DNA of 64,000 nt from Candidatus Poribacteria bacterium (GCA_012270795.1 JAAXHO010000197.1:41813-105812); one strand, 5' to 3'; shown: positions 8,804 through 19,392, counted from the first letter of the stretch. Notes: generated by a model not told the origin, from the sequence alone. Numbers and translations: made by a program.

Positions 8804-10759
8804 CTATTCCTGCGGTGTTGATTTTGTCACCAGTGGTATCAGCGCAGGTTGTGTATCATTAAGGTATGAAATTTCATCAAAAGTAATACATATTTTTGTT
8901 CCAACTTTCAGTTCCGATTCTACCACTATTTCTCCGCCGTGAACGGTAATAATTCGACGGACAATTGCCATGCCGAGTCCAGTACCATAAGGCTTTGTAG
9001 TGTAGTCCGGGGTAAAAAGGTTCTTCTGTGTCTCTTCAGACATGCCGTGTCCAGTATCTTGAACTTCCAAAGAGATATACCTACCCTTATTAGATATGGT
9101 GTTGCTCTGATTTTGTTCGTCAGTATTGCTACTCACGTTTTTGTCAGATATTGGTGTCGCATAAGTCCGCAAGGTAAGTGTCCCTCCATCTGGCATAGCC
9201 TCAATTGCGTTCTTCACAATGTTGCCGACTGAGCGTTCCATCTGTTCACGATCTAAAGAAAGATGTGGCAAGTCACCTAACTGTTTTTCAACAGTTATCT
9301 TTTGCGTCTGCGATAATTTTATGTATAACTTTAAAACGACTTCTACGATATCATTCAGATTCACTGGCTGTCGGTCAGGAACGGGTAATCTTGCATATTG
9401 ATGGAACTCATCTATTAGTCCACGTATACGGTCGACTTCTTCAATAATTGTATCCGTGCATTCTTGAAATATACTATCAAAGACTTCGGTTTTATCTTTT
9501 GCAGCTTGCAAATTCTCAACAGACAGTCGTATCGGAAAGAGTGGGTTTTTGACTTCATGCGCGAGTTGCCGTGCGACATCCCGCCACACAGCGATCCTTT
9601 CCGCTGTTCTATGTTCCTCCAAACTTCGCATTAATGCCTGCGCCATTTTATTAAATCCCTCTGCAAGTTCACCGACCTCTCCCTTAGATCGAACGTCAAG
9701 TTGATACGTAAGATTACCTGCACCGATCTCACTCACACCTTTCTGAAGTTGTGCGATTGGTCGTGTGATGCGTCTACTGACAAGGTAACTGCTGATGTAT
9801 ACAAGGAAAGCACCAGCACCGACACTCAACAGAATAATCATCCGCATGCGATCTTGCCAGAGAATGCGATCATCATGAGAATAGGCAATAATCAACTCTA
9901 CAAAAGGTAGTTGTTTTCTTTCAAAAAAAGGAGTGCTCAGAATGTCTGTGCGAACAACTGTGTAAGTGGGACTGTGGCGGTCCTTCTCTGGTACTTCTGT
10001 AGATGGTTGTTGTGGAATATCCTCTAAAGAGACGACCAAATCCTCAACGGGTTTTCCAGCTGCCGTATAAACTGTCATCTGCTGTTCCCATTTATCTTTT
10101 AACTCTAATCTATTCCCGGCGATATTGTTCAAGGGTATCCATTCCTCCTGTTCGTCCTTTTTTCGCACGAGAAAAATTGGATGTTCCGCGGGTTGGCTCA
10201 GCGATTCGCCTTCTAACCATTTTTGTAACGATCTTCCCCCTGTAACAAAACCCCAATCCCACCACTGTGTCACTTCAACGACCAACTGTGGTTCCTCACC
10301 TAAATTGATTACCCGTTCGCGAATAGTGCCTTTTCCCTGCTTGAACGTTTCATCTGTTTCGGCATGTGCGATCTCATGAATTTTGTACCCGATGTGTTTT
10401 TCATCAATCCGATTGCTGAGTACCAAAATTCCCTCATCATTACCGCATTCAAAGACATCAAAATCTGTTGTGGGAATATCCCGGATCCCCCCTCGTTCAG
10501 CTGTTCGCATCGCATTGAATACACCACGGTCTTCACCTGTTGTTTGTACCTGGTTGCGAATAGATTCTACGAAGAGCCTGTACAAATTGGAAATTGTTGT
10601 TTTTCTTTCTTCGACATCTTTGTCCAATTGCTCACTAAAAGTACGGTCTATGAGAAGACTCGCAATCCCAAAGATAATTGCAAACATGATCAGGAACACA
10701 AAACCGTAGGTAAAGAAAATCTTGTTTTGGAGCCGAAGCGAGGATAACCAGTAGAACAT
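8804..10759 (-). CDS. Sensor histidine kinase (two TM segments with a periplasmic domain, HisKA, HATPase_c)
   Basis: H-box HEVKNPLFPI and G-boxes DTGHGMS...GTGLGMAIV. It lies immediately upstream of the NtrC-type regulator on the same strand. Confidence 0.85.
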   Translation of the reverse strand: MFYWLSSLRLQNKIFFTYGFVFLIMFAIIFGIASLLIDRTFSEQLDKDVEERKTTISNLYRLFVESIRNQVQTTGEDRGVFNAMRTAERGGIRDIPTTDFDVFECGNDEGILVLSNRIDEKHIGYKIHEIAHAETDETFKQGKGTIRERVINLGEEPQLVVEVTQWWDWGFVTGGRSLQKWLEGESLSQPAEHPIFLVRKKDEQEEWIPLNNIAGNRLELKDKWEQQMTVYTAAGKPVEDLVVSLEDIPQQPSTEVPEKDRHSPTYTVVRTDILSTPFFERKQLPFVELIIAYSHDDRILWQDRMRMIILLSVGAGAFLVYISSYLVSRRITRPIAQLQKGVSEIGAGNLTYQLDVRSKGEVGELAEGFNKMAQALMRSLEEHRTAERIAVWRDVARQLAHEVKNPLFPIRLSVENLQAAKDKTEVFDSIFQECTDTIIEEVDRIRGLIDEFHQYARLPVPDRQPVNLNDIVEVVLKLYIKLSQTQKITVEKQLGDLPHLSLDREQMERSVGNIVKNAIEAMPDGGTLTLRTYATPISDKNVSSNTDEQNQSNTISNKGRYISLEVQDTGHGMSEETQKNLFTPDYTTKPYGTGLGMAIVRRIITVHGGEIVVESELKVGTKICITFDEISYLNDTQPALIPLVTKSTPQE

Positions 10760-10792
10760 AATTTAAGCATATCTCATTTATTCAATTAGCAC

Positions 10793-12226
10793 TTAACGCC
10801 TTTGCATGCTGCGTGCAATTTCTTCAGTGCGTTTTTTATATCCTTCAACTGCTGATTGATGGTAGGTCAACTCTTCCGCAAGCGTCGGAACGCCGTCGGT
10901 AAGGTGTAGTTCCTGCAATCGACCTTTCACTGCAACCGTATCCATGAGAGTTCGCATCAATTGGCATACATTTCGAATATCACGTCGAGGTAGGGTTAGC
11001 GTCACATTCGGAATGCCATTTTCGGTAAAGTCTGCCTCAGTGCCACGATAAGATGCCGTTTGGCAATCGTTCAATGAGAGGCCTTCAAACGCTTCTAATT
11101 CATTACCTTCATTTGTCTTTGGAATTGTTAGGTCTGCCCCGAGGTCTTCCCAATGGATAAAGACAATTGCCTTTTCCTTTGGTCCAGCGAGAATTCCGTT
11201 GAGGATGGAGTGGCTACTTGTCGGACCTTTCGCAGCAATCACATTGGAACCGATGTTGCGATCCTGAATAGATTCGATATAAAGTTGCACAAACCACTCT
11301 CCAAGTCTGATGTTGTCTGCATAGTTATAGAAAACGATGCTACCGGCCCCGTAGTATTTCTCAACAGAGTCAAGCCATAATGCCAGATGGTATGCAGTGT
11401 TGTGGGGGTGTGCATAAGGCAGCTGAAAATTCTTATCTGCATGTTGGGCACCCTCAACCGCTGCGTTTACCCTATCTTTCGGTGTCTCTCCTGCACCTGC
11501 TGTCATCGCCAAAAAGAACAAACCGACAGGTGAAAAGGCAGAGAAGCGACCACCGACTCCTTCTGGGACTGGAAGAACACCATACAATTCAGATTCTTGA
11601 TGTAATTGATAGAGAAGGCTTTTTGATGTCAATCCGGTCGTTGCGATAATCTGTTTTCGCCAGTTTACAACTTCTTTCTGGAGTCTGTCTTTGATAATCA
11701 TTAGCGTTGCGAGCGTTTCACCTGTTTGCCCCGATTTGCTAACCACATTGAGAAGCGTTTTGTGAAGTAAGTTGCGAGACTTTAGCATCTCAAGTAGTGA
11801 TTTAAGCCGAATCGGATCAAAGGTATCCCCTGTAAAATAGACCTCTGGTGAACCACCTCTTTCAGAACTTGACAACAGGTTGTGATACGGATGATTAGCG
11901 ATTTCGTGAAACACGCGCGCGCTCAAATCGGAAGCACCGATGCCAACAGTCACAAGCACAGAGAAATCATCTCTCGCTTTAGTGGATAACTCAAGCACAT
12001 CTTGAATATGTTCTGTTTGGAGATGACTACGTGTCCACACCCGCAAATACTGTTTTAATAGGGACAGTGGAGCACCCTCCTCCTCCCTGAATAGCGTCTG
12101 GATTTCCTCCAAACGCGTATCAACCAAGGATTCTTTATCTTCTGACTCTGTTTCTGCGCAAACAAGCATTCTGAGTCTTATGCCGGAATCGTCTCCAAAC
12201 TCTATCTGTTTTACCGCTGAATTCAT
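10793..12226 (-). CDS. pgi: Glucose-6-phosphate isomerase
   Basis: The PGI signature VGGRFSAFSPVGL and the overall pattern are present. The start is moved to MNSAVKQ, which has a strong GGAGG RBS. The longer annotated ORF includes an unlikely leader. Confidence 0.8.
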   Translation of the reverse strand: MNSAVKQIEFGDDSGIRLRMLVCAETESEDKESLVDTRLEEIQTLFREEEGAPLSLLKQYLRVWTRSHLQTEHIQDVLELSTKARDDFSVLVTVGIGASDLSARVFHEIANHPYHNLLSSSERGGSPEVYFTGDTFDPIRLKSLLEMLKSRNLLHKTLLNVVSKSGQTGETLATLMIIKDRLQKEVVNWRKQIIATTGLTSKSLLYQLHQESELYGVLPVPEGVGGRFSAFSPVGLFFLAMTAGAGETPKDRVNAAVEGAQHADKNFQLPYAHPHNTAYHLALWLDSVEKYYGAGSIVFYNYADNIRLGEWFVQLYIESIQDRNIGSNVIAAKGPTSSHSILNGILAGPKEKAIVFIHWEDLGADLTIPKTNEGNELEAFEGLSLNDCQTASYRGTEADFTENGIPNVTLTLPRRDIRNVCQLMRTLMDTVAVKGRLQELHLTDGVPTLAEELTYHQSAVEGYKKRTEEIARSMQRR

Positions 12227-12245
12227 TATTTCCTCCAAATATTTA

Positions 12246-12623
12246 CTATTTTGTTCTTCCATATTTGTCATCAATACGGACAATGTCTTCCTCGTCAAAG
12301 TTACCAAAAGCGATTTCAAGTATCCTATAGTCTTTGTCTTCGCCAATAAGTTGATGTTTCGCACCTTGAGGAATAAAGACTGGTTCCATCGGATTAGGAT
12401 GTAGTATCTCATCTTCAAGCCGAATACACGCACCTTCGTCAAGAGGTATCCATAATTCACTACGATGATGATGGTATTGATAACTCAACTGTTCACCTGC
12501 GTGTACCTCCAATATCTTGACGGTTACTGGTTGGTTATGGACGTACTGCGTAAAACGCCCCCAAGGCTTTTCGGTTGTCAATATTTCTGCTAACACTTTG
12601 TTCGTGTCTTTTATAGAAGGCAT
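12246..12623 (-). CDS. Cupin-domain protein, mannose-6-phosphate isomerase type II-like
   Basis: EKPWGRF...VKILEVHAGEQLSYQYHHHRSELW matches the conserved cupin core of phosphomannose isomerase type II C-terminal domains. Confidence 0.65.
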   Translation of the reverse strand: MPSIKDTNKVLAEILTTEKPWGRFTQYVHNQPVTVKILEVHAGEQLSYQYHHHRSELWIPLDEGACIRLEDEILHPNPMEPVFIPQGAKHQLIGEDKDYRILEIAFGNFDEEDIVRIDDKYGRTK

Positions 12624-12713
12624 CTGTTCTCTGTGCGGGTCATCAACACCAGCGTTTTTTGCAATAGTTTAGCACACTTCAAGAGGTAAGACAAGCACAA
12701 AAACTACAACCTA

Positions 12714-12796
12714 TCTCATAAATCGTAGGAGGGGTTTCTAACCCCGATTTACCGGACATGAAACCCGTGAATTTGGACAAAATTACATTTATGAGA
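12714..12796. repeat. MITE-like 83-bp element with 10-bp terminal inverted repeats (TCTCATAAAT...ATTTATGAGA) and a GGAGGGGTTTCTAACCCCGATTT core
   Basis: Near-identical copy at 44078-44161. Confidence 0.8.
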
Positions 12797-12881
12797 TACG
12801 CTGTAAAAAAGAAGTGTAAGTTTTCGGCATGTGTGTTGTCTGAATAATGTCTCGTCGCAGGTTTTTGTTGCTTAATTTGAC

Positions 12882-13115
12882 TTGAAAAATATTAACGAAG
12901 GAGATACAATTATGGAAACGAACATCTTACGTCCTATTCTTGAATTAGTTCTCATTTTGATGTGTGCAACGCTTCTGATCGGTTTTTTCATTATGATTGA
13001 TTCAATACCGACAGGACAATCCCAACCAGACGACTCTATATCGGAAAAACAGGAACCCCCTTACTGTCCAAAATCAAATCTACCACCCCGTTGCCCGCGC
13101 GAGGCAGGAAACTGA
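12882..13115 (+). CDS. Small hypothetical membrane protein
   Basis: 77-aa ORF with one hydrophobic segment and a weak RBS (GAAGGAG). Low confidence. Confidence 0.25.
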   Translation: MKNINEGDTIMETNILRPILELVLILMCATLLIGFFIMIDSIPTGQSQPDDSISEKQEPPYCPKSNLPPRCPREAGN

Positions 13116-13129
13116 AGGAAGAATTTGAG

Positions 13130-13705
13130 ATGTTATTCTTGAGAAAACACACTTATTTGATACTCGGTTTGCTTGTTGGGTTGGTACTATCATTGGTAAT
13201 TCTTACACAACGCAAACAACCGCAGCAGGAAAGGAGGAACCAACACGTGGAACGGAAAAAACCTGCTCAGACTCCACATTCATCGCAAAATCAACGTGGG
13301 AAGACACGCGGAAACGTAGGGCACTCCCATTCACATAGTCACGAACGGAGAGAATGGCAACCTCTTCCACAAGAAGTCAGGAATCAACTTAAAGCGTTAC
13401 GACTTCAGTATAAAGATAAGGTGCTCAGAACAATTACATTTGAATCCAGGGACTTTGGGACATTTGACTATACGATGTATCCAGATGAGTTTAATGAAAA
13501 AGAATTGGAAATCTTATGTGGTGATATGGACCCTGAACAAGCAACTGACTATCTATTGTCAGTTGGTGTCTGTAGTCCTGCACTTCTTAAACGTTTGGAC
13601 TCCGTATCTGCCTTTCAATACTTAAAAGCGTTAGGTCATAGTCCTGAATCACGTGAATATACGGAACGTGTCATTGCAGAAAATCCTGGCACCGATTGCA
13701 CTTGA
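13130..13705 (+). CDS. Membrane-anchored protein, probably the N-terminal part of the following TPR protein (frameshift near 13695)
   Basis: TM anchor MLFLRKHTYLILGLLVGLVL, then a basic/His-rich linker. The 3' end reads ...RVIAENPG, and the overlapping +1 frame continues PIALEAKYYLADAL as in the next ORF. Confidence 0.45.
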   Translation: MLFLRKHTYLILGLLVGLVLSLVILTQRKQPQQERRNQHVERKKPAQTPHSSQNQRGKTRGNVGHSHSHSHERREWQPLPQEVRNQLKALRLQYKDKVLRTITFESRDFGTFDYTMYPDEFNEKELEILCGDMDPEQATDYLLSVGVCSPALLKRLDSVSAFQYLKALGHSPESREYTERVIAENPGTDCT

Positions 13706-14627
13706 AGCCAAGTATTACCTTGCTGACGCTCTGATTCCTTGGAGCAAAGAATCTTATTCTGAAAAAGCACAAGCGTATCGAGAGATACTTGAAATTGAAC
13801 CGAATTCAATAAACGCCTTATTATTATTATTATTAGGGTGTGTTTTGGTAAAAGATGACAAACCTGCTGAAGCAATTCCTTACTTAAAACGGGTAAATCG
13901 GCTGAATCCTGAGGCAGGATTTCTTACGTTAGGGGAGGCTTATGAAAAGTTAGGAGATGTAAAGACTGCATGGACATACTACAAAAAAGCACTATCATAT
14001 CAGTTTCCACCACAGACAAGATTTCTCAAGTTACATATTGAGCGTATTGAAGCGGGTAATCCGATTTATAAGCCAGTGGTATCTGCGCGTGGACCCGTTT
14101 TAATAGATATGCATGTGCATGAACACGGCAAGGAATCTCTTATGCCAAAGGAACATATACATCATACCGAAACGTTACCTGATGATCGTCCCTTATCAGA
14201 ACCTGATTCCATCAACCCATCGAATATCCGTGCTGAAAACAACGAAAAGCGTCGTGCTGCGGCGAAAGCAGCGCAACAAGATTACGATGATTTGCAAAAA
14301 CATCAAGAACGCACACAACAGGAACTTCAAAAGGAACTTAGCGATTTTCGGCAATGGACCGCAACGATTATGAATGCTGACTTTCCCATGAATACTAACA
14401 ACTTCCTCATGAAAGAGATGGAAGCACATCTTAAGGGGGGACAAGCACAGTTTGAACCAGAACGTATTATCCGTGCTTTTGAAACGATGGAACGTTACGG
14501 ACCGGCAGATGGGATCAAACATATCCAAAAAGTCGATCCAGAACTTGCAAGGCAAATACAAGGTCTTCTTTCAGAAAAACGCAATAATCACCAGAACCAA
14601 CCAAACCGGCACATTAACATCAAATAG
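13653..14627 (+). CDS. TPR-repeat protein
   Basis: TPR-like repeats (AQAYREILEIEPNS..., LGEAYEKLGDVKTAWTYYKKAL). It overlaps the previous ORF in another frame and is possibly one gene. Confidence 0.55.
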   Translation: MNIRNVSLQKILAPIALEAKYYLADALIPWSKESYSEKAQAYREILEIEPNSINALLLLLLGCVLVKDDKPAEAIPYLKRVNRLNPEAGFLTLGEAYEKLGDVKTAWTYYKKALSYQFPPQTRFLKLHIERIEAGNPIYKPVVSARGPVLIDMHVHEHGKESLMPKEHIHHTETLPDDRPLSEPDSINPSNIRAENNEKRRAAAKAAQQDYDDLQKHQERTQQELQKELSDFRQWTATIMNADFPMNTNNFLMKEMEAHLKGGQAQFEPERIIRAFETMERYGPADGIKHIQKVDPELARQIQGLLSEKRNNHQNQPNRHINIK

Positions 14628-15072
14628 CGGTTCTACCGCATCCCCAGGAGACACACATACCTTTACTTTTGAATCGAGCGAACCATATCAATCTGTGACT
14701 TGGCAGGTGAACAATCCATCAGATACAAGTGAGTATGGTACGACTGAGGAAATAGATCCTGGAGATGGAACTATGACAACGGCAACGTTTAGTTTTACGT
14801 ACCCGAGTGGTGTTTCTGGCAATTATATAATAACCGCGCGTGCACATCCAAGTTCGGGAAATGTTGTAGTTGAGCGTATGACGATCTCGGTCAGGGCACC
14901 GACACCAACATTGGTGGCGTGTGGTGGTGCGCCTTGGACCGGCTGTACAACCCGTGTGTCATCAAGCACTGCCCATCGCGCTACCTGTCCATCAGGACAT
15001 ACATATTGGACGTGTGGAAGTGCGGTGGATTGGCATACGGCGCAAAAGACACATGTTCTAAATGTGGGATAA
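14452..15072 (+). CDS. Hypothetical Cys-rich, Thr/Ser-rich secreted-type region; it may be a frameshifted C-terminal extension of the TPR gene
   Basis: The ORF overlaps the TPR gene's 3' end in another frame. Its C-terminal part has 6 Cys (VACGGAPWTGCTT...CPSGHTYWTCGS). No clear start codon or RBS. Confidence 0.3.
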   Translation: MNQNVLSVLLKRWNVTDRQMGSNISKKSIQNLQGKYKVFFQKNAIITRTNQTGTLTSNSGSTASPGDTHTFTFESSEPYQSVTWQVNNPSDTSEYGTTEEIDPGDGTMTTATFSFTYPSGVSGNYIITARAHPSSGNVVVERMTISVRAPTPTLVACGGAPWTGCTTRVSSSTAHRATCPSGHTYWTCGSAVDWHTAQKTHVLNVG

Positions 15073-15227
15073 GTTTCTATTGGTGCAATAATGGCAATGG
15101 TGGGTGTTTCCACAGCGGTCGTGAAGATACTTGGCATGCAGAGTAGAGGCATTTTGTAACAAATAACTCGTGAAAGGCAGGTATCTTTTTCCAGTACCTG
15201 TCTATTCTCAATTAGGAGAGATTCATC

Positions 15228-15707
15228 ATGAAAATAAAAACCTTCCTAATGGGTTTGCTGATCCCGTTACTCCTTACTGTACTGGTGCTGATATACATGC
15301 AGATCACACAGAAACCCGCACCTGCAACCGTCTTTCAGCACCAATCTGATGCATTAGAAAACATGAAGTCCTCAGAAATAGACACCGACCTTGTCAATAC
15401 AGGTGCAGAAAGTCTTGATGCATATTATCAGTTCGTTATTGACAACAACATCTTCCGTCCGCTCGGATGGAAACCTACCAAAAAACCACCGAATTATTCC
15501 CTCATCGGTACTGCTGTTTCTGAAAATACAGAAGAATCACAAGCGTTTATTGTGAATCGGCAGACAACCACATGCATACTGTCAAAGTTGGTGACACCAT
15601 CGGAGAAGCGTTAGTAAAAGTCATTGAAGCAAAACGTGTCCTATTGAATGCAGCAGGAAAAGAAATTGTCCTGCATGGTGGAAATATGCAGTTCTTGACG
15701 CGCTTTC
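15228..15707 (+). pseudogene. PilP/GspC-like pilus or secretion assembly protein, frameshifted near 15590
   Basis: N-terminal TM anchor. After the annotated stop, the adjacent frame continues HMHTVKVGDTIGEALVKVIEAKRVLLNAAGKEIVL, matching the conserved C-terminal motif of PilP/GspC-type proteins. Confidence 0.45.
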
Positions 15708-15861
15708 GTTAATGGTAAAACCTTCCATAGATGTATTCAGCATTGATTCACAGGAAACGATACAGCGAAAATAAAGAGATAACTCAGAAATTGAATGTTT
15801 CTGGACAATGCCAAAAAAAGTTTTGACAAAAATATTTTAATCTGATATTATAATTTTTTAA

Positions 15862-16290
15862 GTGTATTGTTACGATTATCCGCGCCCCTCAGTTACTGTT
15901 GATATTGTGCTGCTGTTGGATGTGTCTCAGAATCCGCAGGTTTTATTAATTCGTAGGAAGAATCCGCCTTTCAAAGACTGTTGGGCACTCCCGGGTGGAT
16001 TTTTGGATATGTCCGAAACGCTTGAGGAGAGCGCACGTCGCGAATTGCTTGAGGAAACGGGTATATCAGACGTACAGTTGACGCAGGTAGGCACATTTGG
16101 ACATCCCGACCGTGATCCACGCGGGCGTGTAATAACTATCGCTTTTGTCGGGATTGTGAGTTCTAAACAACAAAAAGCCGTAGCCGGTTCCGATGCCGCA
16201 GCCGTTGCATGGTTTTCAATATCAGATTTACCACAACTCGCCTTTGACCATGAACATATTATTCAAAACACATTAGCAGGATTAAAATGA
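15862..16290 (+). CDS. NUDIX hydrolase
   Basis: Nudix box GGFLDMSETLEESARRELLEETGI. Confidence 0.8.
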   Translation: MYCYDYPRPSVTVDIVLLLDVSQNPQVLLIRRKNPPFKDCWALPGGFLDMSETLEESARRELLEETGISDVQLTQVGTFGHPDRDPRGRVITIAFVGIVSSKQQKAVAGSDAAAVAWFSISDLPQLAFDHEHIIQNTLAGLK

Positions 16291-16619
16291 AACATTACAG
16301 GTTAACATTGAACCTAAAAGACGACCCAGAGTTAATTGAAAAATATAAAGCGTATCACAGGAACGCGTGGCAAGAAACATTGACTGGTCTGAAAGCTGTC
16401 GGTATTACGAAAATGAACATTTACCTTTTAGGCAGGCGTTTATTTATGGCGATGGAGACTGTTGACACATTTGATATAAAACGCGACTTTCCCCGCTATC
16501 TTGAACACCATCCGAAGTGCAAAGAATGGGACGAGTTAATGCGAACTTTTCAGGAACCTGTAGAAGACGCACAAACGGATGAATGGTGGGCATTGATGGA
16601 ACCAGTATTTGAATTATAA
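16287..16619 (+). CDS. L-rhamnose mutarotase-like (RhaM/DUF718 family) protein
   Basis: 110 aa with YKAYHRNAWQE...NIYLLGRRLFMAME...EWW, typical of rhamnose mutarotase. Its start overlaps the NUDIX stop by 4 nt. Confidence 0.7.
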   Translation: MKHYRLTLNLKDDPELIEKYKAYHRNAWQETLTGLKAVGITKMNIYLLGRRLFMAMETVDTFDIKRDFPRYLEHHPKCKEWDELMRTFQEPVEDAQTDEWWALMEPVFEL

Positions 16620-16657
16620 ATCTACAATTGAAACATTCCTGTATGTAATATAAAAAG

Positions 16658-17590
16658 TTGGATCGTATATTGGATAAAACAATGACTATTAGTTACGACT
16701 ACATCGCATTCAGTGGTAGACTTTCAGATAGTAAATGGACTCTTGGAATGAAAGCGATTCAAGGCGAAGTGCCTTTGGACATCGTCTTTCCGAGTTTGCA
16801 GTCCTCCACCGATCCTGATGATCAGGACATTATAGGGGTTTTAACGAAAGAAGGCACATCAAGAGAAAGTACGGATGTGATGGAGCTCTACCGTTATCTT
16901 CGCCAGTTAAACCCGAAATCCAATCAAGCATTTGGTTATAATGAAATCGCGATACGGAATATCCATTCCCGTCTTAACACACTGAAAGTTGATGAAGAAC
17001 TCCGTGTCCAAATCAGTTTTTCCGAGCGTAAAGAGAACTATATCCCATCTTCATATAACATCAAATTATTAGGTATTTTCCCGCTATCTCCTCCCGATAC
17101 ATCTGAACCGGTACCTGATACTCCCGAAGAAACCGAAATAGAGGTTGTTGAACCTGATGAGAATACACAAGATATGGCTGAGACTGAAGATGCCTCTGTT
17201 ATTCCTACAAGTTTCCCACCTACAGATCCAGAGGTGCCTGTCTATAAAACCACAAATACGTTGGAAAAACTTATCGTTTTTACACGTACACTGCAAACTG
17301 AGTTAGATGAGACGAAGCGGACGATTTCATCCATGGCAGAAAAAATTCATTTTTTGGAGAATGACAAAGTTCGCCACCAAGAACTTGAAAGTTTAGTCCA
17401 GTCTATCTATGATCGTCTCAACCATTTAGAGAATTTTGATAGGCGTATTGGTTCGCTTGAAAATGACCGCCTTCAACTCAGTCAATTAAAACAGACCTTA
17501 GCAAAATACTTCAAGACCTCCAATCGGCAAACCCAGGCATTGCTCAACGAGGTTAGTGTTGAAACAGAAGATTTCAACACAGATAGTTAA
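16658..17590 (+). CDS. Hypothetical protein with an acidic Pro-rich linker and a C-terminal coiled coil
   Basis: 310-aa ORF with no recognisable domain. The C-terminal heptad-like region is ELDETKRTISSMAEKIHFLENDK... Confidence 0.5.
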   Translation: MDRILDKTMTISYDYIAFSGRLSDSKWTLGMKAIQGEVPLDIVFPSLQSSTDPDDQDIIGVLTKEGTSRESTDVMELYRYLRQLNPKSNQAFGYNEIAIRNIHSRLNTLKVDEELRVQISFSERKENYIPSSYNIKLLGIFPLSPPDTSEPVPDTPEETEIEVVEPDENTQDMAETEDASVIPTSFPPTDPEVPVYKTTNTLEKLIVFTRTLQTELDETKRTISSMAEKIHFLENDKVRHQELESLVQSIYDRLNHLENFDRRIGSLENDRLQLSQLKQTLAKYFKTSNRQTQALLNEVSVETEDFNTDS

Positions 17591-17637
17591 ACCTTGATTA
17601 AATAAAACAAAAACCCTTTGGAAAGGATTGTCCCTTC

Positions 17638-18439
17638 ATGATGAAAATTGGTACGATGTCCTTGAATGTAAGAGGTACAACTGCAACCCAATTTGCACAG
17701 ATCGTGTATGACCTTGGCTTTGATGTTATTGAACTACATTATAGAGCGTTTGAATCTACTGATGTTAACTATTTGCGTGATTTGAAGAAGGATCTCATGC
17801 GGAAAGGGCTGCCTCTTAGGTTACATCGGTATCAGTAATAACTTCGGCAAACCTGTGGCAGAACATCCTGAACAGGTTGCCCTTACCAAAAAATGGATTG
17901 ACGTTGCTGCTTTTATGAGTTGTCCCATTGTCCGTGTTTTTGCAGCGAAGGTGCCTGCGGATTGTCAAGATGAGGAAACATTGTGGCAGCCGATGATTGA
18001 AGGTTTCAAGGAGGTCGCTGAATACGGTTATGAATCAGGTATTCTTGTCGGTCTGCAAAACCACAATCACGATAATATCACACGCGATGGCGATGCAGTT
18101 TTGCGCGCCTTGAATGAAACCGACCACCCCTATTTTACACACATTTTAGATACAGGACAATACGCTGGTTCACCCGGTGCAAGTGGCCAACAAAACGTAT
18201 CACATCCCGATTACGACTGCTACGCAAGTATTGAAAAGACTGCCCCTTATGCTGTATATGTTAGAACAAAGTTTTATGAGATTGATAGCGGGGTAGAAAA
18301 ATGGTTAGACTATCCAAGGGTTTTGGATATTTTGCGTGGCGTTGGTTACAATGGTTGCCTATCTGTGGTCTATGAAGGGAAATCCGACCCGATTGAATCC
18401 ATGCGTAAAGCGAGAAGTTATCTGGAAGCCTTACTGTAG
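17638..18439 (+). pseudogene. Sugar phosphate isomerase/epimerase (xylose-isomerase-like TIM barrel), frameshifted at ~17815
   Basis: ORF 17638-17838 ends ...KGLPLRLHRYQ*. Shifting one base gives GLPLGYIGISNNFGKPVAEHPEQVALTKKW, which is continuous with ORF 17855-18439. One extra base explains the split (ctctt[a]ggttac). Confidence 0.65.
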
Positions 18440-18568
18440 AAACAGCATAACGAAAACACCGTAGTGAATAATTATCATAATATATTGACACTTGCGCCAC
18501 ACGGTAAGTAGGTATCCTGACCTCACCGATGCTACGTGTCCAAATAATTCCAAATTCTACAATAAACC

Positions 18569-19345
18569 ATGAAATCTGTACACACATCTGTCCGCGATCA
18601 ATTTAGCCAACATGCGGATTATTATGCCCAGAGCAGCGTGCATGCAAAAGGACAAACCCTTCAAGTTATCCTTGACTTTGCAGCCCCAAAAGGCACGGAG
18701 AAGACTTTAGATATTGCCACAGGGACAGGTTTTACAGCGTTTGCACTCGCCCCCAAAGTTTCCGATGTCGTTGCCACAGACCTTACACCAGAGATGGTCG
18801 CGAAAGCATCTGAGTTAGCACGTGAACAAGGGCTAAATAACATCACATTTTCTGTTGCTGCTGCAGAGGCCTTACCGTTTTCAACTTCCTCGTTTGATTT
18901 AGTTACCTGCCGTCTGGCACCTCACCACTTTCAAGATGTCCCTGAGTTTTTAAGGGAGGTGTATCGTGTTTTACGCACAGATGGTAGTTTTTGTCTTGTA
19001 GATTCGGTCTCTCCAGAATCGGAGAAGTTAATTGCGTGGCAAAATCGTGTAGAAAAACTACGCGATGATTCGCATGTATTTGGGTATCCTCCCTCACAGT
19101 GGGATAAAATGATTGTGGATGCTGGATTTGAGATTGATGAGTCAGCACACACTCGGAATGCCCAGATGTCGTTTTTGTGGTGGGTGCGTCCACATAAGAA
19201 TCCACCGGAAGTGGTGCAGGAAATCCGAGATGCGTTCTCGGAGCTCTTACCTGATGACGCGAAAAAACATTATACAGTTGAACACAAGGGTAATGACTTC
19301 TATTTTTCTTGGCCGATGTATGCTGTCAAAGCAAAACGGTGTTAG
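18569..19345 (+). CDS. Class I SAM-dependent methyltransferase (Methyltransf_11-like)
   Basis: Motif I LDIATGTGFTAFALA, acidic motif II VVATDLTPEM, and motif IV region FDLVTC. Confidence 0.8.
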   Translation: MKSVHTSVRDQFSQHADYYAQSSVHAKGQTLQVILDFAAPKGTEKTLDIATGTGFTAFALAPKVSDVVATDLTPEMVAKASELAREQGLNNITFSVAAAEALPFSTSSFDLVTCRLAPHHFQDVPEFLREVYRVLRTDGSFCLVDSVSPESEKLIAWQNRVEKLRDDSHVFGYPPSQWDKMIVDAGFEIDESAHTRNAQMSFLWWVRPHKNPPEVVQEIRDAFSELLPDDAKKHYTVEHKGNDFYFSWPMYAVKAKRC

Positions 19346-19348
19346 GAG

Positions 19349-19392
19349 CGCGATGAATAACACCAAAATGTTATTCATCGCGCATTTTATTA
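19349..19392. terminator. Bidirectional Rho-independent terminator between convergent genes
   Basis: Stem gcgcgatgaataaca / tgttattcatcgcgc with loop ccaaaa, followed by ATTTTATT. Confidence 0.6.

Noticed and set aside
12227-12460. The long N-terminal extension of the pgi ORF (MNYGYLLTKVRVFGLK...)
   Set aside because: The extension has no similarity to PGI, is low-complexity, and overlaps the upstream cupin gene. An internal ATG at 12226 with a GGAGG RBS gives a protein of normal PGI length.
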